Positions 47,472 to 57,496 of a stretch of 64,000 bases of DNA are shown one piece after another (position 1 is the stretch's first letter; the number at the start of each line of letters is the position of its first letter). The DNA comes from a virus. Taxonomy: Duplodnaviria; Heunggongvirae; Uroviricota; Caudoviricetes. Under the pieces are notes generated by a model. The model did not search any database. It was not told where the DNA came from and was given only the letters and a program-made list of their open reading frames with translations. The translations under genes and the position numbers were made by a program. The stretch is taken from positions 1 through 64,000 of IMG/VR virus record IMGVR_UViG_3300028833_000063; one strand, given 5' to 3'.

Positions 47472-49550
47472 ATGATTAAGAATGTAGACTTTCAAAAGAC
47501 AACCGAAGAAGCATTTCTAAAATATGCGGCATCAGTGGCTCAAGAACGTGCGCTACCAGATGTACGCGATATGCTGAAAATTGGTTTGCGGCAAGGTCTA
47601 TATGCACAATTTACTAATAAGCTCACTCATAAAGACAAATTCCAGAAAGCTCAGAAGAGCGTTGCCGCCGCAATGTCTCAGTCATATGTACATGGCGATG
47701 TAGCAATGTATGATGCATTGATACGTGCGGCTCGGCCCTGGTCAAGTCGCTATCCACTTGAGGATGTTCAAGGCAGTTATGGTAACCCCTCATCTCCTGA
47801 TAGCCACGCGGCCGCCCGTTATGTTGAAATGAAAGCAGGCGAGATTGCGGACTTCATGTTTGATGGTCTTAAGAAGAATGCTATTACCGAATGGTATGAC
47901 AACTATGATAGCACCGAACAAATTCCATCGGTGTTCCCTTCAATCGGATATTGGAATATTGTAAATGGTTGTCAGGGTATCGCGGTCGCAATGGCTACAT
48001 CTGTACCTCAGTTCAACCTTAAGGAAGTAAATAATGCACTTATTAAAATTATCCAGAATCCAGAAGTATCATATAATGATATTTATTGTGCGCCAGATTT
48101 TGCTACAGGCGGAACTATTACAAATGCCGCGGAAGTAAAAGAAAGCCTAAAAGTAGGAAAAGGTAAATCTATTCGTCTGCGCGCGAACCTCAAATTTAAT
48201 CCTAAAGAGAATATGCTTCAAGCTACAGAGCTACCATATGGTGTATTTACAAATACAGTTATGGATCAGCTTGCATCTTTAGTAAATGATGATCCTGATT
48301 ATGGTATTGACAGAGTAATTGATCATACTAAGAAAGAAGCGGATATTCGTATCTATCTCTCTAAAGGGCAGAATCCTGATAAAATGATCGCTAAGCTTTA
48401 TCATGATACAATGCTTGAAAATCATTATTCCATTAATATGATTCTGTTGGATCAGGGGCGCTTTCCGAAAGTGTTTGGGTGGCGTGAAGCTTGTGACGCA
48501 TATATTGACCATATTAGACAATGTAAGCGTAATATGATTCAGTTTGATCTTGATAAAGCTCTTGCGCGCGAAAATGTCCTCAATGGCTTGCTGATTGCGC
48601 TCGCCGATATTGACAATATTGTTGCTATTATTAAAGGTAGTGATAGTCCTGCAGATGCAAAAAAGGTATTGATAGCGAAATACAAATTCAATGATCCTCA
48701 AGTCGATGCGATTCTAGATATGAAGCTATCGCGCTTATGCCGGTTGGACGGCGTGAAAATATCTGATGAGCTGGCAGAAATTACTAAATTTATAGGGGAG
48801 TGTAACCACTTATTATCTGAACCTACCGCTTTGGATGAAAAACTGATTGAACTACTAAATCTAGTATCTCAAAAATTTGGTGACGCCAGACGCACACAAG
48901 TTACCAATGTACTTGGCGACGAAGAAGAGCCAGAAGAAATTAAGGAAGAAGATATCGCAATTGTCTTTACTGATATGAAAAGTTTTCATATTAAAGAAAA
49001 AGGTAAGGTGGCGGCAGTAAAGAAGCAAACGGTACTTTATACAACTAATCTCGGTTCTTTAACTCTAGTAACTAATGCAGGAAAAATATATAATATTCCG
49101 CTTAGTAAGCTAAAGTTAAATAAAGAATATAAGACAGCTGATGTAGCAGATATTGGCGCGGAAAAGCCGCTTCTTCTAATTGACACTCGTACTTTTAATG
49201 CTTATAAGTCTTTAACTTGTGTTACTAAGAAAGGCTTTATTAAAAAAAGTCATATTGGGGAATATATTGCCCGCGCGAAAAAAGGTACGGCCGCAATTAA
49301 ACTTGAAGAAGGCGATTCACTTGTATCAGTAATCCTAAGTAGCGATGATGAAGATCGAGTAGCAATTATTAGCTCTAGCGACTATTATAATTGTTTCCCA
49401 TTATCTGATGTCGCGTATACTGGGCGACTTACTAAAGGTGTAAAGGCAATCAAATTGGCGGAAAAAGAAGAAGTAAAAGAGGCTAAATGGGTAGGCGATA
49501 ATACATATAAAATTACCGGACGGGCGGTAAAAGGAGTAAAGAATGCATAA
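47472..49550 (+). CDS. type II DNA topoisomerase subunit A (GyrA/ParC-like; T4 gp52-like)
   Basis: AAARYVEMK active-site Tyr region, winged-helix and tower-like blocks; 692 aa. Confidence 0.75.
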   Translation: MIKNVDFQKTTEEAFLKYAASVAQERALPDVRDMLKIGLRQGLYAQFTNKLTHKDKFQKAQKSVAAAMSQSYVHGDVAMYDALIRAARPWSSRYPLEDVQGSYGNPSSPDSHAAARYVEMKAGEIADFMFDGLKKNAITEWYDNYDSTEQIPSVFPSIGYWNIVNGCQGIAVAMATSVPQFNLKEVNNALIKIIQNPEVSYNDIYCAPDFATGGTITNAAEVKESLKVGKGKSIRLRANLKFNPKENMLQATELPYGVFTNTVMDQLASLVNDDPDYGIDRVIDHTKKEADIRIYLSKGQNPDKMIAKLYHDTMLENHYSINMILLDQGRFPKVFGWREACDAYIDHIRQCKRNMIQFDLDKALARENVLNGLLIALADIDNIVAIIKGSDSPADAKKVLIAKYKFNDPQVDAILDMKLSRLCRLDGVKISDELAEITKFIGECNHLLSEPTALDEKLIELLNLVSQKFGDARRTQVTNVLGDEEEPEEIKEEDIAIVFTDMKSFHIKEKGKVAAVKKQTVLYTTNLGSLTLVTNAGKIYNIPLSKLKLNKEYKTADVADIGAEKPLLLIDTRTFNAYKSLTCVTKKGFIKKSHIGEYIARAKKGTAAIKLEEGDSLVSVILSSDDEDRVAIISSSDYYNCFPLSDVAYTGRLTKGVKAIKLAEKEEVKEAKWVGDNTYKITGRAVKGVKNA

Positions 49551-49935
49551 GAAATATCTGGAACTATTTAAAGAACTTACTCGCGCGACAGCTGTTGCCG
49601 CTGAGCAAGTAATGGACTATGATAAGGAAAAGAATGATGATAAGGGCTTTGAAACGGCAAAGACTATGCGTGATGATTTTGAAGCTCTTCATGACAAACT
49701 TACTGCAGAATCTTTTGATGGTAACTTAACAAAAGCAGAATATGCTAAGCTACTTGTTGGATGCTATGTAATTGTAGGTAACATACAAGATAGGATGGAA
49801 GCACTAAAGAAGGCTATTGCTGGATATCAAGGAGATTTGGTGCCAAGACTATCTAAGGTTATTGACGCAGAAACTGATGAAGCCGCACAGAAAATTGCGG
49901 AAGAACAGTTTACAATTGAGGAAGCCAATACTTGA
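49543..49935 (+). CDS. hypothetical protein
   Basis: ORF. Confidence 0.5.
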   Translation: MHKKYLELFKELTRATAVAAEQVMDYDKEKNDDKGFETAKTMRDDFEALHDKLTAESFDGNLTKAEYAKLLVGCYVIVGNIQDRMEALKKAIAGYQGDLVPRLSKVIDAETDEAAQKIAEEQFTIEEANT

Positions 49936-49960
49936 CTTTTAATTAAATTTATATTATAAT
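49933..49960 (+). promoter_or_regulatory. conserved promoter copy
   Basis: TTGACTTTTAATTAAATTTATATTATAAT. Confidence 0.6.
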
Positions 49961-50008
49961 ATAAGAAAGAAAAGGGAAAATAAACCCGAGATATAAGGAG
50001 AATACAAT

Positions 50009-50392
50009 ATGGCAACAGTAAATAGTGAGAGAACACTAAATTACATGAAGGAACATTATGGACAGGAACTAACTAAGAAAGAAATTGCAGAAGCTCTAGA
50101 CATCCCATTCGCATCTGTTACAGGCGCAATGAATGCTCTAATTAAGAAGGGCTATGCAATTACAACTCGTACTGAAGTAATTGAAGATGCACCCGCAACT
50201 GAGACCCGTAAGGCTAAGACTCATAATCTACTATATCATACTCTAACTGAAGCAGGTCTAGCTTATGATCCAGTAGCAGAAGAGGCAGAAAAGCAGGCTC
50301 AGAAGGAAGCCGCTAAGGCTGCTCGCGCGGCGGAAAGAGCAGCGAAGAAGGCCGCCAAGGAAGCAGAGAAGGCTGCAGAAGAAAGTTTTTAA
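50009..50392 (+). CDS. winged-helix DNA-binding protein with Lys/Ala-rich histone-H1-like tail
   Basis: ELTKKEIAEALDIPFASVTGAMNALIKKGY wHTH; C-terminal AEKQAQKEAAKAARAAERAAKKAAKEAEKAAEE. Confidence 0.5.
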   Translation: MATVNSERTLNYMKEHYGQELTKKEIAEALDIPFASVTGAMNALIKKGYAITTRTEVIEDAPATETRKAKTHNLLYHTLTEAGLAYDPVAEEAEKQAQKEAAKAARAAERAAKKAAKEAEKAAEESF

Positions 50393-50428
50393 TTAAAAAT
50401 ATAAAATAAATAAAAAGGAGAAAAGCAC

Positions 50429-51328
50429 ATGAAAGATTTGATGATTCCAAGTGAAAACAAAATGAATCTAGTTGGTAAGCTAATGAATGTTGATTTCGGC
50501 GAGGGAAAACTCGCCGATGGCCGTGAGTATAAGCGCGCAACTGTCACAATTCGCGTAACTCAGGCTGTTGATGGTAAGGAAGAAACAAGTGAAATTCCAG
50601 TTGGTTTCTTCGCGACTCCCTTTACTAGTACAGGTAAGGCTAATCCTGCATATAAGTCCCTACTTGATCTAAAGGAACTTAAGACTGCGCAGAATGTTGG
50701 TGTTGATGCGGCAGATCAGGTACGCATTACTAGTGCTACTCTATCTGAAAATAATTTTGTATCTCGTACTGGTAATCTTATCAATGGTTTCCAGATTCGT
50801 GGTTCGTTTATTAATCCAGCAAAGCTGGGTGATGTTGCGACTTTCGTAACTGAAGTATATATTATGGATATTCACGATGAAACCGATCGTGAAGGTGATC
50901 CTACTGGACGTCTGGTTGTTCGTGGTGGTATTGTTCAGTACGGCGGTAGACTAGATGTACTAGATTTTATTGTTGAAGCTCCTGATAAGGTTGAATTTGT
51001 ATCTCGAAATTGGGAAACCAATAAGACTCTAACTGTAAAGGGCCGTGTGCGCGTAACTTCTCATGAAGTAACTAGCAGTAGTGAAGGTAGCGGTTGGGGC
51101 GAAGATATTCCTGATACTACTACTACATTTGTTCGCGAGCTAATCATCACTGGCGGTGATGATGAAGGTAAGGAAGAAGATTTCAGCTATGACCCTGCTG
51201 AGATTAAGAAGGGATTTAATCAGCGTAAGGCTAAGATTGAGCAGATGCAGATTGATGCTCGTTCTAAGATGGCTCGACAGGGCGGCAGCGGTTCTCAGGC
51301 CGATGCCAAGAAGTATGATTGGGAGTAA
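50429..51328 (+). CDS. putative single-stranded DNA-binding protein, tentative
   Basis: beta-rich OB-fold-like body; acidic DDEGKEEDFSYD segment near the C-terminus; sits in the replication gene cluster. Confidence 0.35.
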   Translation: MKDLMIPSENKMNLVGKLMNVDFGEGKLADGREYKRATVTIRVTQAVDGKEETSEIPVGFFATPFTSTGKANPAYKSLLDLKELKTAQNVGVDAADQVRITSATLSENNFVSRTGNLINGFQIRGSFINPAKLGDVATFVTEVYIMDIHDETDREGDPTGRLVVRGGIVQYGGRLDVLDFIVEAPDKVEFVSRNWETNKTLTVKGRVRVTSHEVTSSSEGSGWGEDIPDTTTTFVRELIITGGDDEGKEEDFSYDPAEIKKGFNQRKAKIEQMQIDARSKMARQGGSGSQADAKKYDWE

Positions 51329-51463
51329 TCGTAGGCCAACACCGGTGGTAGGAGTGATTAAAGCATAAACGGTCACTTGACAGTCTACGATGTGATAGGG
51401 GATATGGGCGCAAGAATTTACTTGCGCCTAACCCCGGACCAATTATATAAAGGAGTGAATTAA

Positions 51464-51550
51464 ATGGCTGATATTGATATTTTTAGTTTGGAGCCTAGCA
51501 AAATTTCAAGGGATCTTAAAGGTAAATTTTTATTGATTTACGGTCAGCCT
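51464..51550 (+). CDS. AAA_24/Sak4-like recombination ATPase, exon 1
   Basis: strong RBS AAAGGAG; ends ...GKFLLIYGQP(K), the first half of a Walker A, then stops at the intron boundary. Confidence 0.5.
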
Positions 51551-52600
51551 AAATAATTGGGCCTTATATAAGCGATTATATAAGATAATTACTGGAAAAA
51601 TCTGGGAGCCTGAAATGGCAATCAGAGCGGAAGTTGTTCCCTAAAAAGAATAACACGCACAACGATTAGGACAATTAAACATTAAGGAGGGTTCTATCTA
51701 TGGATATTACCGTTATTAAGCAATTATACGAAAGCGGCAAAAGCTTGACGCAGTTAAGTAAAGAAACTGATATTAGTACTTATAAATTAAAAAAGATACT
51801 AATAGCAGAAGGTATTCATATTAGAGGCAAGGAAGAGCAGAATAAGTATTCTCCCCAGAATCAGCGGAAATATGAAGTTTGGGATGATTTTTTTGAAAAA
51901 TTAAATCCAACTAATGTATATCTAATGGGATTTTTAGCCGCGGATGGAAGTATCCAGAAAGACGGCGGAATTAAAATTGGACTTTCTACCATTGATAAAC
52001 AATTTTTAGAAAAAGTTAGAATTATACTACATAGTAATTATCCTATTAGAGATTATCTTACAAAAGACGGATTTTCTGTTTCTGAATTTATTTTTCGTAG
52101 CGAAAAGATTAAACAGAAATTAGCAGAATATGGAATAGTAAATAATAAAACAAAGACATTTACATTCCCTTATAATCTGCCAAAAGAATTTTATATTGAT
52201 TTTATTCGTGGTTACTTTGATGGCGATGGTACATTCTGTATGGCAGGTCAATATCGTAGAGCCTCATTGTGTAGCTACAATCAAGAATTTTTACAATCAG
52301 TTGTAGATATACTTGAAAATCAATATAATATTCCGGCTGTAAAAATACAGAAAGATAATAGAGGAAATACTTATTATTTCCAATATTCTCAAACCTCTGC
52401 TCAGAAATTATATGAATTATTTTATAAAAATAATCCCGTACTTTACTTACCTCGTAAATATGATAAATGCTTACAACTCTTTGGTGAAATAAAGTCCCAC
52501 GAGCCAGTAACTTCTCAAGAAGAAGAAAAGATAATCTGACCTTACGAGAATAATAATCGTAAGAATTATCGGATAAAGAGCCGATAAGATAACATATGTG
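51551..52600 (+). mobile_element. group-I-like self-splicing intron carrying a LAGLIDADG homing endonuclease ORF
   Basis: about 1050-nt insertion that bisects the Walker A; 5' exon ends in U and the insertion ends in G, as at group I splice sites; the HE ORF lies inside. Confidence 0.5.
51700..52539 (+). CDS. LAGLIDADG homing endonuclease with N-terminal HTH
   Basis: two LAGLIDADG motifs, LMGFLAADGS and IRGYFDGDGT; N-terminal KSLTQLSKETDIS HTH; GGAGGG RBS. Confidence 0.8.
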   Translation: MDITVIKQLYESGKSLTQLSKETDISTYKLKKILIAEGIHIRGKEEQNKYSPQNQRKYEVWDDFFEKLNPTNVYLMGFLAADGSIQKDGGIKIGLSTIDKQFLEKVRIILHSNYPIRDYLTKDGFSVSEFIFRSEKIKQKLAEYGIVNNKTKTFTFPYNLPKEFYIDFIRGYFDGDGTFCMAGQYRRASLCSYNQEFLQSVVDILENQYNIPAVKIQKDNRGNTYYFQYSQTSAQKLYELFYKNNPVLYLPRKYDKCLQLFGEIKSHEPVTSQEEEKII

Positions 52601-53509
52601 AAGACTGGTAAATCCACATTTGGTAGCCAACTACCTCGTTCTCTGTTTCTAAACTTTGAACAAGGAACTAATGCCCTAGCTGGTATTCGCGCGGTTCCAA
52701 TTCTACGTTGGACTGACGCTAAGAAAGTTCTTACTCAGCTTCGTAAGCCTCAAGCTAAGGAAATGTATGACTCAATTGTTGTGGATACTGCTTCAATCGC
52801 CTGGCAGCTATGTGAAAAGTATATTTGTCAGCGCGAAAATGTTGATAGTATTCGTGACGTACCTTGGGGTCAAGGTTGGAATATGCTAAAGACCGAGTTC
52901 TCTGAGTTCTGGCGTGAAATTACTCTATTGGGTTTTGGTATTCTATTTATCGCGCATAGTAAGGATAAACCTACCGAAATGCGTGATGAAGATGGTAATG
53001 AAATTACTGCGGTTGCGCCGGACCTGCCTAATCAGGCATATACTATTATTAATTCAATTGTGGATATTATTGGATATCTGCAGGTACAGATGAATCCAGA
53101 CGGAACTTCTGAACGATTCCTATATACTCGTTCTACGCCTTCTGTATTTGCCGGTAGCCGTTATCAATATCTTGCGCCAAAAATTAAGTTTGGCTATCAG
53201 GAATTAGTAGATGCTATTGGCGATGCTATTGATATGGCTGTTGAGAAAGATGGCGCACAGGTTACTGATCATACTGAATTTGCTCAGATTAAAGATAGGC
53301 CCTTCAATGAAGTTATGGCTGAAGCTAAAGAAATTTGGGTTAAGTACCTGGAAATCGGCGGCGAAGAGAATAAAGATCAGCATCTGATGATTATGAAGGA
53401 TATTATTAAGAAGGTATTTGGTTCTGAGGACTTTAAACTAAGTCAGGCAGTGCCTTCTCAAAGTAGCTTGGTTGAATACTTTATTGACGAAGTAAAGCAA
53501 TTAATGTAA
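52601..53509 (+). CDS. AAA_24/Sak4-like recombination ATPase, exon 2
   Basis: begins (K)TGKSTF completing the Walker A; Walker B SIVVDTAS; no RBS of its own. Confidence 0.55.
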   Translation, partial: KTGKSTFGSQLPRSLFLNFEQGTNALAGIRAVPILRWTDAKKVLTQLRKPQAKEMYDSIVVDTASIAWQLCEKYICQRENVDSIRDVPWGQGWNMLKTEFSEFWREITLLGFGILFIAHSKDKPTEMRDEDGNEITAVAPDLPNQAYTIINSIVDIIGYLQVQMNPDGTSERFLYTRSTPSVFAGSRYQYLAPKIKFGYQELVDAIGDAIDMAVEKDGAQVTDHTEFAQIKDRPFNEVMAEAKEIWVKYLEIGGEENKDQHLMIMKDIIKKVFGSEDFKLSQAVPSQSSLVEYFIDEVKQLM

Positions 53510-53522
53510 TAAGGTACTAAAA

Positions 53523-53717
53523 ATGGATACGGATGTTATGATTGCTTAGCTACGAAAATTAGCAGAAGAACATAAAGATGATAAAGTTTTTACGTTTTAG
53601 ACAAGATGGGCTGATGTATGTCGTGACGTGGCAAACAGGCTCGAAGAATAGCAAAAAATAATTGAACGTTATCATAAAGCTGATTCCTTTCTTATAGCCC
53701 ATGGATGGAATTGGTAA
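53523..53717 (+). CDS. small protein with three in-frame TAG codons, tentative
   Basis: frame checked; TAGs at 53547, 53598 and 53649; weak RBS. Confidence 0.25.
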
Positions 53718-53721
53718 TAAT

Positions 53722-53858
53722 AAATGCGGTGGCGGAATAGGTAGACGCATGGGAGTTTCAGGAGACGGGAATACGGATAAAAACGTAATGGTACTGTTCC
53801 CAAGGGTTCAATTCCCAATAACCAGCGCAGTGCACGGCGCATGTGAGGTGCAAATCCT
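53722..53858 (+). tRNA. tRNA-Leu-like element, possibly with an intron or tandem tRNA fragments
   Basis: 5' GCGGTGGCGGAATAGGTAGACGC matches the tRNA-Leu acceptor/D-arm; termini atgcgg/ccgcat pair across about 136 nt; T-arm tgagg-tgcaaat-cctca; internal T-arm-like gggttcaattccc. Confidence 0.3.
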
Positions 53859-53900
53859 CATCCGCATATAATAATAGTCGTGCAAAACTATATAGTTTTA

Positions 53901-53934
53901 GGGAACAATGCTCCGGTGTTGTTCCTATTTTTAT
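53901..53934 (+). terminator. intrinsic terminator
   Basis: gggaacaa-tgctccggtg-ttgttcc hairpin plus TATTTTTATTT running into the -35. Confidence 0.5.
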
Positions 53935-53963
53935 TTGACTTTTTCTCAAATCTATGCTATAAT
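53935..53963 (+). promoter_or_regulatory. conserved promoter copy
   Basis: TTGACTTTTTCTCAAATCTATGCTATAAT. Confidence 0.6.
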
Positions 53964-53995
53964 AAATTAAAGAATAGGTATAGGAGATTAAAAGA

Positions 53996-54484
53996 ATGAA
54001 ATTAACTAGGCAATGTAGTGGATGTAAAGAGCAATTTAGGAAAACCGAACTAGTTGAATACTCATCCATTACAGGTAAAACATCAAATTGGTATTGCCCA
54101 AAATGTTTGGCGGAAAAGCAATCGCGTGAACGTTTTGCAAACAAAGTGTGCCAGATATTTGGAATTAAAGCGCCCGGCCCAGTTATTTGGACTCAGCGTA
54201 AGCGTCTCCAAAACACATACGGATATACGGATGATTCGATTGTTGATTGTCTTGATTATATATATAATGTAAAGAAGATGAAAAAATTATCTGAATCATT
54301 AGGTTTGGTCAATCCGCGTAATATGGAAGATATGCGTAAGTGGAAAGAACAAAAAAAGGCCGAAGGAGGTAGTCTTGCTGCGGCAGTGGCCAATACAGAA
54401 ATGAAGGAATATATTGTTCCTATTCGAGAAAATAATAAAAAGAAAAAAGAAATTAGCTTGGATGACGGTTTATTTGATGATTAA
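53996..54484 (+). CDS. hypothetical zinc-finger protein
   Basis: CSGCKEQ...CPKC near the N-terminus; RBS TAGGAGA. Confidence 0.5.
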   Translation: MKLTRQCSGCKEQFRKTELVEYSSITGKTSNWYCPKCLAEKQSRERFANKVCQIFGIKAPGPVIWTQRKRLQNTYGYTDDSIVDCLDYIYNVKKMKKLSESLGLVNPRNMEDMRKWKEQKKAEGGSLAAAVANTEMKEYIVPIRENNKKKKEISLDDGLFDD

Positions 54485-54495
54485 GGGGGAATTAT

Positions 54496-56079
54496 ATGAC
54501 ACTTTCCGATCTGACGGCATATCGTCAAGTTATCGGTTGCTTAATATATAAACCTCAATTATTTTTGGAATATCCAGACATTAGACCGGTAGATTTTGAT
54601 TTTAAACCCGCGCGAGTGTGTCTTAATTCAATAAGAAAATTATATGAGGCCGGAGCAGTAGAGCTATCTGTTATAGAAGTAGATCAAGAAATTGAACGTG
54701 GTGGTGGAGCCGCATTACAAATCTATAAGAACGAGAACGGACTTGAGTTCCTAAAAAATGCATATGAAACTGCTTCATTAGGCAACTTTGAATTATATTA
54801 TACAAGAGTAAAGAAATGTTCGTTATTAAGAAAGTTGCAGCAAGCAAAGTATGATATAAGTGAATTTTTTATTGAAGATAAAGATGTTAAAAATCCATTA
54901 GAAGAACAGAAAATTAAGGATCATTTAGAACAATCAACGTTAGAAGAAATTTTAAATAGCGTTGAAAAGAATTATACAGAAATTAGAAATGAATATTTAA
55001 ATGGCGGTCGCCTGAAAGGAGATCCGGCTGAAGGTATTAATGAATTAATTGAAGAGCTGCGCACCTCACCAAGTATTGGGCCAAGTTTGGAAGGTCGTAT
55101 TTTTAGTTCTGTGTGCCGTGGAGCAAGAGATGGATGTTTCTTTTTAAAAAGCGCGAGTACAAGTGCAGGTAAGTCTCGTACAAGTATATTTGATGCTTGT
55201 CATTTGGCTTATCCAAAGCGCTGGTCTTGGAAAGCCAATTCATTTATAGAAGAATTTACAGCAGAAGGAGAACCACGTCAGCCAAGAAAAGTTTTATTTA
55301 TTGTAACGGAAATGGATAAAGAAGAAGTACAAACCATTATGTTGGCATATGTTTCTGGTGTAGATGAAGATCATATTTTAACAGGTAGGTATGAGTTTGG
55401 TGAATATACCAGAGTCAAGCAAGCGGCAAAAATTATAGAAGAGTATAGTGGGTATTTTTTGATAGAAGAAATTAGCGATCCCAATCTTCAGAATGTTGAA
55501 GCCACGATTCGTAAGTATGCAACAGTAGATAACGTGAAATATGTGTTCTTTGACTATATTCATAGTACAGCAAGTATGATTGGACAGTTTGCAAAAAATA
55601 ATATTCGTGAAGATGTTATTTTGATGATGATGGCGAATCAGTTAAAACAGTTAGCAAAAGATTATAATTTATTTATTTTTTCTGCAACACAGGTAAATGC
55701 GGCCGGAATGAATATGGACGACCTTCCTTTTATGGATGAAAAGACAATTCGGGGCGCAAAAAGTATAGCTGATAAAGCAGATATGGGATACGGAATGCAG
55801 CGTATTTCAGATAAAGCATGGAATGCAATACTTCCTGGATTAAGAGCCGCCGCGAGAGAAGGAATTATCTCATATGATATTTTTGATAATAGGCCAACTC
55901 ACGTATTAGATATTTACAAAATGCGGCGAGGTCGTTATAAAATGGTTCGTATTTGGACGAGATTACACCTTGGAACAGGAGAAAGAGAGGATTTATTTAT
56001 TACAACTGCAGAGAATCAGCCAATTAATGAACCAATAGATTTGTTTGCAAGTAGTTCTGAGTGTCCAATTACAATCTAG
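54496..56079 (+). CDS. DnaB-like replicative DNA helicase
   Basis: N-terminal DnaB-like helical domain; RecA-like core with Walker A SASTSAGKS; 527 aa; directly upstream of the primase. Confidence 0.7.
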   Translation: MTLSDLTAYRQVIGCLIYKPQLFLEYPDIRPVDFDFKPARVCLNSIRKLYEAGAVELSVIEVDQEIERGGGAALQIYKNENGLEFLKNAYETASLGNFELYYTRVKKCSLLRKLQQAKYDISEFFIEDKDVKNPLEEQKIKDHLEQSTLEEILNSVEKNYTEIRNEYLNGGRLKGDPAEGINELIEELRTSPSIGPSLEGRIFSSVCRGARDGCFFLKSASTSAGKSRTSIFDACHLAYPKRWSWKANSFIEEFTAEGEPRQPRKVLFIVTEMDKEEVQTIMLAYVSGVDEDHILTGRYEFGEYTRVKQAAKIIEEYSGYFLIEEISDPNLQNVEATIRKYATVDNVKYVFFDYIHSTASMIGQFAKNNIREDVILMMMANQLKQLAKDYNLFIFSATQVNAAGMNMDDLPFMDEKTIRGAKSIADKADMGYGMQRISDKAWNAILPGLRAAAREGIISYDIFDNRPTHVLDIYKMRRGRYKMVRIWTRLHLGTGEREDLFITTAENQPINEPIDLFASSSECPITI

Positions 56080-56093
56080 GAAGGAGAATTTGA

Positions 56094-57215
56094 ATGCTAA
56101 CAACTCTACAAGGAGCAGACGAAGAACTTGACTTATATGATATTAGTATACAAGATATTATTAATTCCATTACACTCGATGATGTAAAAACCTTTCTAGA
56201 AAGCTTGGGAGTTGATCAGGTCGCGATTTATGAAGATAAAGGATATTTGGTATGTCCTACAATCTGCCATAATCCTATTGAAGAAGCCGAATCAATGAAA
56301 TTATATTGGTATCAGAATAATAAGATCTTTCGATGTTATACAGAGTGTAATGAAGCGATGTCAATCTTTACATTATATGAAAAATTCATGTTAATTAATT
56401 ATCATCGCGTTAGTTTTGAAGAAGCGGTTGATTATGTAAAGAAATGCATTAAGCATTTAACTATTTCTAAAACAAAGAAATATCGGTCTGATTTTGATAT
56501 AGAGCGATATAAATTTGATTCAAGCGTACCACAACTTACCCCATATCCAAAATCTATGCTAACATATTTTACTCCATACCATCATCCTACTTGGATACGA
56601 GATGGAATTAAGCCGGAGGTAATGGATAAGTTTCATATTGGCTTTTCTTTGTCACAAAATAAAATTACAATTCCACATTTAGATATAAATGGAAATTTGG
56701 TGGGTATTCGCGCGCGAACATTAGATAAAGATGAAGCAGAACAATATGGTAAATATCGTCCTTTACAACTTGGCAGCATTTTATACGCGCATCCTTTACA
56801 TTTTAACTTGTATGGCATATATGAGCATCAAGAAGCAATTAGAAAACGTCAAAGCGCAATTATTGTTGAAGGAGAGAAATCCGTTCTTCTTGATGATGGA
56901 TATTATGGACAATGGGCTAATGCAGTTGCATGTTGCGGTTCAAAAATAAATAAATATCAAATTAACTTATTAACTAATGCTTTGGGCGCGAATGAAATTA
57001 CAATCGCATTTGATAAAGAATATACAGATTGGCGTACTGAAAAAGCGCGCGAATATAGAAAAAGAATTGAAGCGGCTTGCCGCAAGTATGCAGGTCAAGC
57101 AACTTTTTATTATATATGGGATATGGATAATTTGCTTGAAGAAAAAGACTCTCCATATGATAAAGGGAAGGAAGTATTTGAAGAACTTTATAAAAGAAGG
57201 ATACGAGTACGATGA
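56094..57215 (+). CDS. DnaG-type DNA primase (zinc-binding plus TOPRIM)
   Basis: CPTICHN...RCYTEC zinc-binding region; TOPRIM IIVEGEKSVLLDDG. Confidence 0.7.
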   Translation: MLTTLQGADEELDLYDISIQDIINSITLDDVKTFLESLGVDQVAIYEDKGYLVCPTICHNPIEEAESMKLYWYQNNKIFRCYTECNEAMSIFTLYEKFMLINYHRVSFEEAVDYVKKCIKHLTISKTKKYRSDFDIERYKFDSSVPQLTPYPKSMLTYFTPYHHPTWIRDGIKPEVMDKFHIGFSLSQNKITIPHLDINGNLVGIRARTLDKDEAEQYGKYRPLQLGSILYAHPLHFNLYGIYEHQEAIRKRQSAIIVEGEKSVLLDDGYYGQWANAVACCGSKINKYQINLLTNALGANEITIAFDKEYTDWRTEKAREYRKRIEAACRKYAGQATFYYIWDMDNLLEEKDSPYDKGKEVFEELYKRRIRVR

Positions 57216-57493
57216 AGAAATGGAAAGAAAAACTTATACGCTGGCTGGGTGGAGATATTTCCCCTGTAGAAATACAACCGCATACTATAATAACAAGCAC
57301 AGCTCCGTTAATTAGATTAAAAGTAAGCTATAAGACGCTTTATGATTTTCCAGAAGATAAAGCATATATTAAGCGAGAGCTAGCTAAGAAGTTAGCAGAT
57401 GATATAATAAAAAATCGGATGGCAATGATAGATACAGATGAAAATGAAGTCACGATGACATTGTATGTCGCCGATATAAGAGAGGTAAGATAA
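57212..57493 (+). CDS. hypothetical protein
   Basis: ORF, ATGA overlap. Confidence 0.45.
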   Translation: MKKWKEKLIRWLGGDISPVEIQPHTIITSTAPLIRLKVSYKTLYDFPEDKAYIKRELAKKLADDIIKNRMAMIDTDENEVTMTLYVADIREVR

Positions 57494-57496
57494 CGA

